From contig JAYWCB010000005.1 of assembly GCA_043780835.1 (NCBI GenBank), forward strand, positions 125,945 through 189,944: a DNA stretch of 64,000 nucleotides, written 5' to 3'. Numbering within the stretch: the first letter of the stretch is position 1; the number at the start of each line of letters is the position of its first letter. Both the position numbers and the translations under genes were made by a program. The DNA comes from Minisyncoccota bacterium (lineage in GTDB: Bacteria; Patescibacteriota; Minisyncoccia; Phycocordibacterales; UBA2100). Positions 19,681-28,970 of the stretch are shown in pieces. A model generated the notes under the pieces. That model saw only the letters and a list, made by a program, of their open reading frames with translations. It was not told the DNA's origin and ran no database searches.

Positions 19681-20328
19681 ATGTGTTTCTCTGCGACAGC
19701 AAGTTTCGTAGCTGGAGGGGCGCTCAGTGCGGCGGGAGTTTTGACGATTGCGCAGGTGAAGAAGAAATCCGAACTACCCTTTGCCAGTATTCCGCTTTTG
19801 TTCGGAATCCAGCAGGCTATTGAAGGAGTGGTGTGGGTTTCTTTTGGTTCCCCAATTTTGAATGCCATAGCCACGTACGGATTCTCTTTGTTTTCACATG
19901 TCCTCTGGCCGATACTTATTCCTGTTTCGGTTTTGTTGATGGAGACAGATGAGACTCGTCGGAAAATTCTGTGGGGCTTTTCAGGCATCGGCATCGCTGT
20001 CGGATTATATCTTCTGTATTTCATCGTCACCGAGCCGATTACATCGCAGATTGTAAATAACAGCATCGCGTATAATTCTCCTCATCTTTTCTTGTATCCG
20101 ATGCTTGCACTGTATCTGGCGGCTACATGTGTCAGCTGTTTCTTTTCCAGCCATAGATTTATAAAAGTATTCGGAGTTTTCGCACTCATATCTGCGTTTA
20201 TTGCAGCATGGTTTTTTAGTGAGACATTTCTATCCGTGTGGTGCTTCTTCGCAGCAATTCTGAGCGTACTAGTCTTCTGGCACATCAAAAGAAAATCTGT
20301 TGCCGTAAGGTTAATCAAAACAGGTTAG
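19681..20328 (+). CDS. hypothetical polytopic membrane protein
   Basis: Starts 4 nt after MCO stop; 6 predicted TM. Confidence 0.4.
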   Translation: MCFSATASFVAGGALSAAGVLTIAQVKKKSELPFASIPLLFGIQQAIEGVVWVSFGSPILNAIATYGFSLFSHVLWPILIPVSVLLMETDETRRKILWGFSGIGIAVGLYLLYFIVTEPITSQIVNNSIAYNSPHLFLYPMLALYLAATCVSCFFSSHRFIKVFGVFALISAFIAAWFFSETFLSVWCFFAAILSVLVFWHIKRKSVAVRLIKTG

Positions 20329-20362
20329 TTATCAGTTCATTTAATAAATAAAAGTAAAAATT

Positions 20363-20584
20363 ATGAAACTATCAAAAGTAATGCACGTAGTTAGTGTTGT
20401 TGTGGGGGTTGTTGGAGTAGGTATGTTTGTTGGTGCAATTCGGATCGGGTCGAACAAAATGGTATATGGGATCACAAAGATGAACGCACTTGCGTGCGTT
20501 GCCATCCTCATTCTAATCGCTACGTGGCTTCAGATTGCGACGATCCATCACATGATGCTTGAGAAGAAAGGAGAGATTGTCTAG
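20363..20584 (+). CDS. small hypothetical membrane protein (73 aa)
   Basis: Two hydrophobic helices; weak. Confidence 0.3.
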   Translation: MKLSKVMHVVSVVVGVVGVGMFVGAIRIGSNKMVYGITKMNALACVAILILIATWLQIATIHHMMLEKKGEIV

Positions 20585-20595
20585 AATTTGTACCC

Positions 20596-20961
20596 ATGGA
20601 CATCGGCAATTTGCTCAAGCTAGCGATTCCTCTTTTTGTCGCCCATGCGATAGAAGAGTATAGTACCGGCCTTCTTGGCCTCGACCCTCTCTTCCGTTCC
20701 ATAACCGCGCACCATTTGCCCACAATTACTCTATACATTGTCGAACAGTTACTATTGGTAGCAATTTTGCTGTGGACAATTTATCAACCGAAGCGATGGC
20801 TTCTGGTTTTTATCGGACTACTCTTTATTTTCGAAGTGAGTCATGTCATTCCTGCGTTAGCCCAAACGTCGTATTACCCAGGGCTTGTAACAGCGATACT
20901 ATTGCTTCTTTTGGGACTTTTTTATTGGAGGGCCGTAATGATACGATTTACCAGGAGGTAA
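20596..20961 (+). CDS. HXXEE-domain membrane protein
   Basis: VAHAIEEY (H-x-x-E-E) motif in first helix, 4 TM. Confidence 0.55.
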   Translation: MDIGNLLKLAIPLFVAHAIEEYSTGLLGLDPLFRSITAHHLPTITLYIVEQLLLVAILLWTIYQPKRWLLVFIGLLFIFEVSHVIPALAQTSYYPGLVTAILLLLLGLFYWRAVMIRFTRR

Positions 20962-20998
20962 GGTAATCTTGTCTTGCGCTTCTTAATACATACAAACC

Positions 20999-21517
20999 AT
21001 GAATACAAAAGTCATTATTGGTCTCGCGGCGGTCGTTCTTATTACGGGTGGTGCGTACTATTTTTCAACGACAAAAACGGGCGACTCTTCGGGCATGAAT
21101 ATGACACCCGAGCAGAGGGCGGCCATGCATCATTCTTCCGGTAATGCTTCCAATACATCGCCGATGCTCGCTGAGCCGAATGCTGTCGTAGTGACTGATC
21201 AGCGACCAGGTAAGGTGGTAACAGGCACCGTGTATCTTGCAGCTCCCGGATATCTCGTTATCCACGACGAGTCAGGCACCGTGCTTGGATCAAGTGCACT
21301 TCTCCCCGCAGGACAAAGTAATAACGTCAAAGTAGTGCTCTCACGTGCAAGCAAAAACGACGAGAAGCTCATGGCCATGCTGCACTCAGATACAGACGGC
21401 AACGGTTCGTTCGACGCATCGAAGGATGTGCCCGTCCAGAGCAAGCTTGGCGGAGCCATTCAGGGCTCTTTCCAGGTGTCATCAAGAGCGGGCGCAAACA
21501 CCCCGGTGAGCATCTAA
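20999..21517 (+). CDS. membrane-anchored periplasmic hypothetical protein with Met/His motif
   Basis: N-terminal TM, MTPEQRAAMHHSSG; beta-rich remainder. Confidence 0.4.
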   Translation: MNTKVIIGLAAVVLITGGAYYFSTTKTGDSSGMNMTPEQRAAMHHSSGNASNTSPMLAEPNAVVVTDQRPGKVVTGTVYLAAPGYLVIHDESGTVLGSSALLPAGQSNNVKVVLSRASKNDEKLMAMLHSDTDGNGSFDASKDVPVQSKLGGAIQGSFQVSSRAGANTPVSI

Positions 21518-21566
21518 CTTCTGGCGAAACACTGCTAAATATTCCATCTTAATTTTAGAACTTGAT

Positions 21567-22292
21567 ATGGTCATCCTCATTGCAATTGCTGCATTCTGTT
21601 CAACACTTTTGGGAGGCTGGTTTGCGCTTCGCCTCAAAGATCGTTTACATCTCATTCTTGGATTCAGTGCGGGAGCTGTGATAGGCGTCGCTTTCTTCGA
21701 CCTTATACCGGAAGCGATTGATCTTGTGGGAAAAAGCAATGGAACGGCATTCGCCACTTCCATTATCGCTTTTGGTTTTGCCCTATATCTGGCGCTCGAC
21801 AGACTCTTTGTTTTGCATCGACATCACGAAGACGACACGCACGAGCACGCACACTCCGAGCGCGGTGTATGGGGTGCGAGTACGCTTTCACTGCATAGTT
21901 TTCTTGATGGAGTTGGTATCGGTCTTGCTTTCAAAATTTCTCCTGCGATCGGTCTCGTCGTTGCTGCGGCTGTTTTAGCACATGATTTCTCCGACGGCAT
22001 CAATACGGTAAATATGATTCTGAAGAATGGTGGCAAACGAAGACGTGCTTTGCGCTGGCTTATTATTGATGCTCTTGCCCCCGTAGCAGGTGTTCTCATC
22101 ACCCTTCTGTTTTCTGTTACAGAAGGAAGTCTGGGCATTCTTATCGCGCTTTTCTCTGGTTTCTTTCTGTATATAGGAGCAAGCGATCTTCTACCAGAAA
22201 GCCACCATGCACATCCTAAGCGCTGGACGACCATCTCAACAATTGCTGGCATGGGATTTATCTACACCATCATTAAATTAGCCGGAGCCTGA
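21567..22292 (+). CDS. zupT: ZIP-family metal (Zn/Fe) transporter (ZupT-like)
   Basis: HEDDTHEHAHSE His-rich loop, HSFLDGVGIG and HDFSDGINT signature helices. Confidence 0.8.
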   Translation: MVILIAIAAFCSTLLGGWFALRLKDRLHLILGFSAGAVIGVAFFDLIPEAIDLVGKSNGTAFATSIIAFGFALYLALDRLFVLHRHHEDDTHEHAHSERGVWGASTLSLHSFLDGVGIGLAFKISPAIGLVVAAAVLAHDFSDGINTVNMILKNGGKRRRALRWLIIDALAPVAGVLITLLFSVTEGSLGILIALFSGFFLYIGASDLLPESHHAHPKRWTTISTIAGMGFIYTIIKLAGA

Positions 22293-22317
22293 TACGTATA
22301 TCTCCTGATACGTCTAC

Positions 22318-23454
22318 CTAATGACGATGGGACGAGTGCCCGCTGCTCGAGGGTTTTGAATTGCCTGAAAGCATATATGTCGCGATCAGCGTTGTGATTG
22401 GAACGCCGAGGACAAGTCCGATCGAACCGATAAGAATACGCACGATCTCGGTTGCGAAGATCTCGTTATTGATCGCATAGCCGACACCGTACGTCGCGTG
22501 TTGTACGAGGAGCAACAAAGGCAGTGCTGCTCCTACATACGCAATGGCAAGTGTATTCACGAGAGCGCCAATGTGTTCTCGACCGATTCGAATTGCGCGT
22601 TCATATACCTGAATACGAGTCATGTGCACACCAGCTCTGAATAATTCTTCTACCGCTATCGCTTGTCCGATCGCGATATCGTACAAAACACCCAGAAGGC
22701 CGATCATGATCCCGCCATAGAGAAGACCGACGAGATCTATTGAACCGTTCGTGCTAAAGGTGAGATATCGCGATTCTTCGTTGTTATATCCGGTCAACTG
22801 CGCCGCATGCACTACGTAATAAGCACCAAGACCTGTTATCAATACGGTACCAATCATGCCCAAAACGGCGGCTGTTGTGGTGCGGTTAAAACCGTGCGTA
22901 ATATATGAACCGGCAACGATAATAAGAGATGAGACGCCAATACTTACAAAGATTGGCGAATAACCGTGGAGCATACCTGGTAGGAGTACGTAGAAAATCA
23001 AAATAAGACTTCCACACAAACTCGCGAATCCTCGGATGCCCTGAGTGCCACCAAAAATGATTATGAGGACAAGGAACGCGGCGGCAAGCCCCCAGAGCAC
23101 ATTGAGTCGGTACGGATCGGATACCGAGTAGTAATCCACTGGATCCACAGAGCTCGTTGTATGGCGAAGATAAAATATATTTCCTACAGACATTTGAATG
23201 TATTCGTTATCGAATGTGACGACCGATCCAGCATCAGGTCCATCAAGAACTTTTACCCTGAGAGTTTGCATCTTCGTAGACTTGTCTGTTCCCAGAAGGG
23301 CCGTTTCCTTTTGATTCGTCACTTCAAGCACCTGTGCCTTTTGAATTGTTACCGTGTCCTGTACAAGTTCCGACTGAGCGTATGCAAAAATGGGACTCAA
23401 TAATTGAAGCGCCAAAATGAGGAATGTAATATTTTTCGCCACTTTCATAACCAC
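22318..23454 (-). CDS. YibE/F-family-like membrane protein
   Basis: Signal peptide + ~120-aa extracytoplasmic domain + 6-7 TM; family call from memory. Confidence 0.45.
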   Translation of the reverse strand: MVMKVAKNITFLILALQLLSPIFAYAQSELVQDTVTIQKAQVLEVTNQKETALLGTDKSTKMQTLRVKVLDGPDAGSVVTFDNEYIQMSVGNIFYLRHTTSSVDPVDYYSVSDPYRLNVLWGLAAAFLVLIIIFGGTQGIRGFASLCGSLILIFYVLLPGMLHGYSPIFVSIGVSSLIIVAGSYITHGFNRTTTAAVLGMIGTVLITGLGAYYVVHAAQLTGYNNEESRYLTFSTNGSIDLVGLLYGGIMIGLLGVLYDIAIGQAIAVEELFRAGVHMTRIQVYERAIRIGREHIGALVNTLAIAYVGAALPLLLLVQHATYGVGYAINNEIFATEIVRILIGSIGLVLGVPITTLIATYMLSGNSKPSSSGHSSHRH

Positions 23455-23645
23455 TAGTATACGCTCAACGTTTGGTTTCCATGGCTCTTATTCTAGTATA
23501 TTTGCCTGTTGGTAAGTCCCTTCGCAAAACCCTGAAATCTGCTAGGGTGCAAATTGATAGCCTAAAGTGCTATCATGTTCTTGCAGACAATTAAATAAAA
23601 GCCGACCTAACCCCTTTGGAATTTCCAGAGGATATGGTTGCAAAC

Positions 23646-23797
23646 CCCGCTAGAGATCAAAGGACTCCTCGTCAGAGTCACTCTAGCGGGTTATATCGGG
23701 AAACCGGTATAGGTGGGAGCCGAAAGGTTCTCATCGCGATGGCGAGGGGCCTTTTGATTACCTGAAGGTTCCCACCACTAAAATCCCGCTAGATTTT
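23646..23797 (+). promoter_or_regulatory. structured 5' leader with mutually exclusive helices (possible cis-regulatory RNA) upstream of 23798 gene
   Basis: CCCGCTAGAG (23646-55) and CCCGCTAGA (23785-93, followed by TTTT and the ATG) can both pair with CTCTAGCGGG (23681-90); internal GAAA-tetraloop hairpin and GGTGGGA..GGTTCCCACC helix. Confidence 0.3.
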
Positions 23798-24394
23798 ATG
23801 GCTACGAAGTTTCTCTACTCCGCTACCGGAGTAGCTGTTCTCGGTTTTGTTTTATTGCTAGTCATCGGCCTGAATACGCCTCAGCCAATTAAACAGGCTC
23901 AGCAAAGCGCACTCATGCAAAATCCTGTAGTTGTCGCAACCTCGTCTGCTCCGGACAATCAGAAAATTGCTGCGATTCTTTCAGCAAGCGTTACATATTA
24001 CACGCAGTTATTTGTCACGGGTAAAGCAGCACTTGGCACCGCGCAGTATGCAGACGCGAACGCGGGACTAAAAGCATTTAATGATCCGAATTCTGCAGCT
24101 GTTCACTTCGGTACGTTCAGAACAAACACGTGCCTCAAAAATGATCCTGGGGCGAATGCGATAAGCGCATACCAAGAGGCCGATAATTTATACACAGACT
24201 CCTCACCAGACGCTCTAAGTAAATGGAACGAAGACATCAACAATACGGCAAGCGATATCTGTCTCTGGGCTGCAGATGCAGTTGGCTGGCAAATCAAGGA
24301 AATATCAAGCGCCAAATTACATACCGATGAACAGAAGGTTTCTGAAGATATTGCCAAAGCAGAGGTAGACATTAAGCAGATACCGGCCAAGTAA
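23798..24394 (+). CDS. hypothetical secreted/membrane-anchored protein
   Basis: N-terminal TM/signal; Ala/Ser-rich; no domain recognised. Confidence 0.45.
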   Translation: MATKFLYSATGVAVLGFVLLLVIGLNTPQPIKQAQQSALMQNPVVVATSSAPDNQKIAAILSASVTYYTQLFVTGKAALGTAQYADANAGLKAFNDPNSAAVHFGTFRTNTCLKNDPGANAISAYQEADNLYTDSSPDALSKWNEDINNTASDICLWAADAVGWQIKEISSAKLHTDEQKVSEDIAKAEVDIKQIPAK

Positions 24395-24445
24395 CTGTCG
24401 ATAACTTGCTTCGCAGACTCCGCTTTTTGAGATAGGAATGAGTCG

Positions 24446-24634
24446 ATGGCAATTCTCTCAAAACAAAGCGCTACAGAACTTCGCCGTATCATCAAGGAGG
24501 CTACAGGTCGCAACATTTCAGTCGGCGAAGCGTATGCCATCTGGCACTATCTTCTGAAACTACTACAGTTACTGTGGAGGATAGAAAAGAGACAAAAAAT
24601 CCAACCGCAATCAGATCAGTTGAGTCTTTTCTAG
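24446..24634 (+). CDS. small hypothetical ORF (62 aa) at edge of phage-derived segment
   Basis: ORF only; contains the ATAGAAAAGAG repeat. Confidence 0.2.
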   Translation: MAILSKQSATELRRIIKEATGRNISVGEAYAIWHYLLKLLQLLWRIEKRQKIQPQSDQLSLF

Positions 24635-26178
24635 AAAATACCAGGAATTCTCGAACGAACAGTAATTTCTGTATCGGGATCAATAATGTCATCCGGAAAC
24701 CGTCTCGGTGTACCGTACGATGTTGGACCACGCCAGGTGTCGCTACTACTGTATCCCATGAATTTTGTAAGATGAATGACGAGCATGGTGAGAGCGTCAC
24801 AGAGATCATCGTGATTCTCTAACCCAAAATTGACGGCTTGGTTAATGATCTCTTCGCATCCTCGATGGAATACTATCTGCCCATTTTGAATCAGTGCACC
24901 AATGCTCATAAGGCGCTGCTCCTTGCTTCCGTATATGTTGGGATAGAACTCAGATACCGGATAGCCTTGGTGATTGAGGTCTTGGAAGATATATACCTGC
25001 GCCTGCACTGCCTCTACAACGATTTGAGTTCTCAGGCCAGCAGCTCCCTTAGTCGATATTTCTTTTATCTTTTTAATAATATCTCCGAAGTCGAGTCGGT
25101 CGTTATAGTAGATGGGCGAGATATAAATCTTCGCCTTGTTGCCTGACCCATAGAGATGGCCATGCACGATCGCAGTAGGGTCAGTGCCTTCTTTGTTCTT
25201 CGTACCCGGATCAACGGCAGTCACAGACATCCGGTATCGGAGAACGGGATCATTTTTATCAGGGAGAACGTCGTAGTACGTAATCCAGTCGCGTTTGATG
25301 ATCTGGTCATCATCAGCGATCACTTGCAGCAGGTACTCGCGGAACCACGTCTTGTCATTACCAATGCGCTTACGTTCGGCTTCAATTTCTGCCATCGTCG
25401 GAAATTTACCTGGCCACATACTCTCGCCGTTGCGACCTATAAGCACATACTCTCGGTAGATGCCTGTAGTCATACCGTCGCCGATCTCTTGCTTGAGTCG
25501 CATGACAAGACAGTGTTCGTGTAAGACGTTCCCAATCACGATGAATCGTGTGCGTTTCGATCCGAGCGGCATAACCTCGCCTTTGAACCAGTTATATATC
25601 TTCTCTCGACCTTCTTTCGTACGTGCCGACTGAAGGTCCTCGGGGTCATCGATAATCACGAGATCTGGGCGATGTTGGAGATGCTTGATGCCTCGAATAG
25701 CCTCACTGACAGAGGCTACTGAGATACGTGCTCCAAGCTTAGTGAAGACTATGGTGGATGCGCCCCATGTGTCTGTTTCCTCCCGAAATGGCCCCAGCGT
25801 GCGCCGCAGAACCTCATTGTGCTCAAGAGCACCACGCAGGTTCATCATGTGCTGTTTTGCCTGGCTCTGGGTTTGAGCGACTATGAGCACGAACTTCTTT
25901 TGCTGGATACCCAAGATCGCCCACAGCACATACGAGAGTGTAAGCAGTGTACTTTTCGCACTGCCACGAAATGCGACAAGGCACAGTAGATTCCAGTCCG
26001 TCCGCTCGGTAAGTGCAAATATCTCATACTGGAACGGAGCTGTTTCGTACTCGACGTATTCTGCAAAGAAGATGTTGAAAAACCATAGGTGAGATCGTCG
26101 AGTCACGTAGCTTCGCACGAGTTTGTTCTTGCAGATCATTTCAAGAACGTCCTGCCGGAGTGTTTTATTGCTTTTCAT
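24631..26178 (-). CDS. phage terminase large subunit (Terminase_6-like ATPase + RNaseH-like nuclease)
   Basis: Deviant Walker A AFRGSAKST, Walker B LVIIDDPED, C-terminal nuclease Asp cluster (AVDPGTKNKEGTDPTAIV). Confidence 0.75.
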   Translation of the reverse strand: MKSNKTLRQDVLEMICKNKLVRSYVTRRSHLWFFNIFFAEYVEYETAPFQYEIFALTERTDWNLLCLVAFRGSAKSTLLTLSYVLWAILGIQQKKFVLIVAQTQSQAKQHMMNLRGALEHNEVLRRTLGPFREETDTWGASTIVFTKLGARISVASVSEAIRGIKHLQHRPDLVIIDDPEDLQSARTKEGREKIYNWFKGEVMPLGSKRTRFIVIGNVLHEHCLVMRLKQEIGDGMTTGIYREYVLIGRNGESMWPGKFPTMAEIEAERKRIGNDKTWFREYLLQVIADDDQIIKRDWITYYDVLPDKNDPVLRYRMSVTAVDPGTKNKEGTDPTAIVHGHLYGSGNKAKIYISPIYYNDRLDFGDIIKKIKEISTKGAAGLRTQIVVEAVQAQVYIFQDLNHQGYPVSEFYPNIYGSKEQRLMSIGALIQNGQIVFHRGCEEIINQAVNFGLENHDDLCDALTMLVIHLTKFMGYSSSDTWRGPTSYGTPRRFPDDIIDPDTEITVRSRIPGIF

Positions 26179-26614
26179 GGTCTTGTTTAAGTTGGCTTAG
26201 GCCTTCTTCCAAAACGAGCGATGAGAGCCGCAATGCTTCTTCTGCCGCAGCTTGCTCCTGTACGGTAAGGTCTTCGCGCGTATGGTGAATGTTTCCGCTT
26301 ATCTCCAGTTTCGATGAATACGCGGGGTGATGCGTCTTGAGCCACAGCGAAATGGCCGACATGTTTTTGTCTCGAATGGCAGATACTAAAAATCCTTCCG
26401 CGACATCATTTACTAGAAGTGACCCGTCGTAGATCGCTTCGTCCGCTGCCTTTGCGAATTCCGGATCTTCTTTGCGCCATCGATAATAGCTGGCGCGTCC
26501 GATGTTTGCTTTCGCGCATGCCATCTCGACGATAGGGGTGGACTTTAGATGTTCGAGTAGAGTTTGCTTGTCCCGGGCGACTCGTTTTTCAACTGCTGTT
26601 TGTTTCTGTTCCAT
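26165..26614 (-). CDS. terminase small-subunit-like HTH protein
   Basis: HTH segment IGRASYYRWRKEDPEFAKAADEAI typical of phage small terminase/HTH_23-like proteins; overlaps terL start by 14 nt. Confidence 0.5.
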   Translation of the reverse strand: MEQKQTAVEKRVARDKQTLLEHLKSTPIVEMACAKANIGRASYYRWRKEDPEFAKAADEAIYDGSLLVNDVAEGFLVSAIRDKNMSAISLWLKTHHPAYSSKLEISGNIHHTREDLTVQEQAAAEEALRLSSLVLEEGLSQLKQDHEKQ

Positions 26615-26615
26615 A

Positions 26616-27890
26616 TTATATTTTCTTCGCTTTGATACCCGTCAGTGCCTCGAAGCGGTTTTTGATGAGATCACAAAAGATCGGCTCTACCTCAACGAGA
26701 TATGCTGAGCGTTTGAGCTGTTCACAGGCCACCAATGTGCTTCCAGAGCCGCCGAACAAGTCCAATACAACATCGTTTACCTTTGAGCAGCGCTTCAGTG
26801 CCTTTTCGTGGAGCGTAGGTGGCTTTTCGGTTGGATGGGTGTATTGCTGTCCCGGCAGGCGTTTGACGAGCCAGATGTCGAGGAGGCTGAGAACATCTTC
26901 AATGAGGTCATTGCCGGTGCCGATTTCTTTATTCATTACTTCGGTAAGATTGTAATGATTCTTGGAAAGATAGGGCGATCCGCGAGTTCCATACACGCAT
27001 GGTTCGTACACCTTGTTGAATGCAACCTGAGGTACAACATTCTGATTATTTTTAATCCATAAACAGGTGCGCTTGTTCTCAATACCGAGCGAGTGATATA
27101 TGTCTTGAATCATTCCGACATAATTCTGGTCACACCAGTAGAAGTAGTGAGCGTCGCTCTTTGAAAAAGTAATAGCGTTTTGTATTGTCTTCTTTAGGAA
27201 TAGTTGGTATTCATCGAACGATTTATTGTCGTCTGTCTTGCCACCGTACTTTCCCTTAGTACCGACTCCCTTGTCGTAGCTGAGGTTTATATTAAAAGGT
27301 GGATCTGAATACGTGACATCCACCTTTGTATTGCCCAGAAGTTTTTTGAGAGACTCTGGATTAGTCGAGTCTGCGCAGATCAGACGGTGTCGCCCAAGCT
27401 GATACATTTCTCCTAGCTTCGTAACTGGTTTCTTTATCGCTGTGAGTGCCTCGTCCACGTCGAATGAGTCATCTTTTATTTCGAGTGCTTCATCCCAAAT
27501 GTTGTCGAGCTCCTCCGTGCTGAACCCGATGTCGGCAAGAAGGCTTGTATCGAACTCCCGTAGCTTCTCAATATCCCAGGCTCCGACATTTTTATTCAAT
27601 CGAATATTGAGTATCTTCTCTTTCTCAATATTAGGTATGTCGAGGAAGATCACAGGCACTTCTGTATACCCGAGGTCTTTTGCGATCTTGAGGCGAAAGT
27701 GACCCCCGATCACCGTGAACTTCCGCTTCGGTGCCTTGTTTACCAGAATCGGATCAACAAAACCATTCTGTGTGATGCTTTCTGTAAGTTGTGATATTGC
27801 CGAGGTATCCCACGTGCGCGGGTTATACGCAGCGGGCTTTAGAAGATTTATAGGTACGTACTCAATTTGGAGATTATGTAGTTTGGTCAT
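26616..27890 (-). CDS. ParB-like nuclease N-terminal domain fused to DNA N6-adenine/N4-cytosine methyltransferase
   Basis: N-terminal ParB/Srx motif (IIGGHFRLKIAKDLG), motif IV SDPPF then C-terminal motif I LDLFGGSGST (beta-class order). Confidence 0.75.
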   Translation of the reverse strand: MTKLHNLQIEYVPINLLKPAAYNPRTWDTSAISQLTESITQNGFVDPILVNKAPKRKFTVIGGHFRLKIAKDLGYTEVPVIFLDIPNIEKEKILNIRLNKNVGAWDIEKLREFDTSLLADIGFSTEELDNIWDEALEIKDDSFDVDEALTAIKKPVTKLGEMYQLGRHRLICADSTNPESLKKLLGNTKVDVTYSDPPFNINLSYDKGVGTKGKYGGKTDDNKSFDEYQLFLKKTIQNAITFSKSDAHYFYWCDQNYVGMIQDIYHSLGIENKRTCLWIKNNQNVVPQVAFNKVYEPCVYGTRGSPYLSKNHYNLTEVMNKEIGTGNDLIEDVLSLLDIWLVKRLPGQQYTHPTEKPPTLHEKALKRCSKVNDVVLDLFGGSGSTLVACEQLKRSAYLVEVEPIFCDLIKNRFEALTGIKAKKI

Positions 27891-28249
27891 GTCTCTTTAG
27901 CTATGTAGTAATAGAAAAGAGCCGAGTGATCTGGCTATTGCTTCCTGATGCGGAGCCTCATCAGTACTCTAATTCGACCTACTTATGATTGGTTAACTGC
28001 TAAACTCCTCGGGCTCTTCTCGATAGAAAAAGTCTAAACGAGCTGACTGTTTATATCCGTACGAAGACCGTACGAAGGGCGAGCTCTTATAAATAACTAT
28101 ATCGGAACGCACTTCAGGCGATAGGGTTCAAAATAAGGAACTGTGGATAACAACACGCTTGTAATTCCTTGTCAATCCTTGTGAACTGGCGCTTATCCCT
28201 TATAGCCAAGTACGGCCTCTTCGTATAAGTAGAGATATACTGCAACTTA

Positions 28250-28747
28250 ATGATTCGTGCGTGGTGGGTAATGTATTACTTTGTTCACTACGACGGTACT
28301 TCTGATGTCAGTGTGCCTCACTGGCATACGGACATAGAACGCGGGGCTTTGCTCCATCACTTGATCGTGCGAAAGTATTTCAGAGAGGATGTTGTAGATA
28401 CATTTGAACGTTGGTGGTACACATTTGTACTACGTCGATCAATCATACAAGAAAGTCCCGCAAGGAAGCGTAGGGTCGAAAAGAGATTTCAAGAAGTGAA
28501 TGATGCAATTGATAAAACAATTGACCTTAAATATATATTTCCAGTGCCCGGTCAAAGTACTCATACTCTTTCATACAGGGTACGACTCGATCATAATTTC
28601 AAAGGTCGCGAGTTCATAAAGCCACACTACTTCCTAAAAGCTTGTCTGCAAGAATTTGACCCGGTTCTGAGGTTCTTTTTAGGTGGTAGTGTCGGTGCGA
28701 TGATAGTCGCAGGTATCTGGTTGTATAATCACTTCAATGTCCGCTGA
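28250..28747 (+). CDS. hypothetical protein (165 aa)
   Basis: ORF only. Confidence 0.3.
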   Translation: MIRAWWVMYYFVHYDGTSDVSVPHWHTDIERGALLHHLIVRKYFREDVVDTFERWWYTFVLRRSIIQESPARKRRVEKRFQEVNDAIDKTIDLKYIFPVPGQSTHTLSYRVRLDHNFKGREFIKPHYFLKACLQEFDPVLRFFLGGSVGAMIVAGIWLYNHFNVR

Positions 28748-28941
28748 GAGGCTAAGATACGCGTAGGGACAAGATGGAAAGTAAGACAGATCAAAAGTAG
28801 CCCTTAAAGTAGCCCTTACTGTGTCTCATTTGTCTCATTAACAAAAGTCGACCCTGCTGTTGACTCCTCGGTAAACAACGGCAAAAATAGCCAGAAAACC
28901 CTTGTGGGGCTTGGAGGCCTGAGTACTAACTGCGGACGGCC

Positions 28942-28970
28942 CGCAATGACTCAAAAAACGCGCCGCAGGG
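28942..28970. terminator. bidirectional rho-independent terminator hairpin
   Basis: AAAAAACGCGCC-gcag-GGCGCTTTTTTG. Confidence 0.5.

Larger units (their letters stand above)
24581..27921. mobile_element. phage-derived remnant (terminase small + large subunit + ParB-methyltransferase) bracketed by 11-bp direct repeat ATAGAAAAGAG
   Basis: Three phage-type genes on minus strand with no capsid/portal/integrase genes; identical 11-mers at ~24581-24591 and ~27911-27921. Confidence 0.4.

Noticed and set aside
23640-23797. Possible T-box, glycine or GEMM riboswitch
   Set aside because: AGGTGGGAGCCGAAAGG superficially resembles T-box and glycine motifs. The specifier, T-box and GGAGAG..CUCAGGCAAAAGGAC consensus elements are absent. 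It is kept only as an unclassified structured leader.
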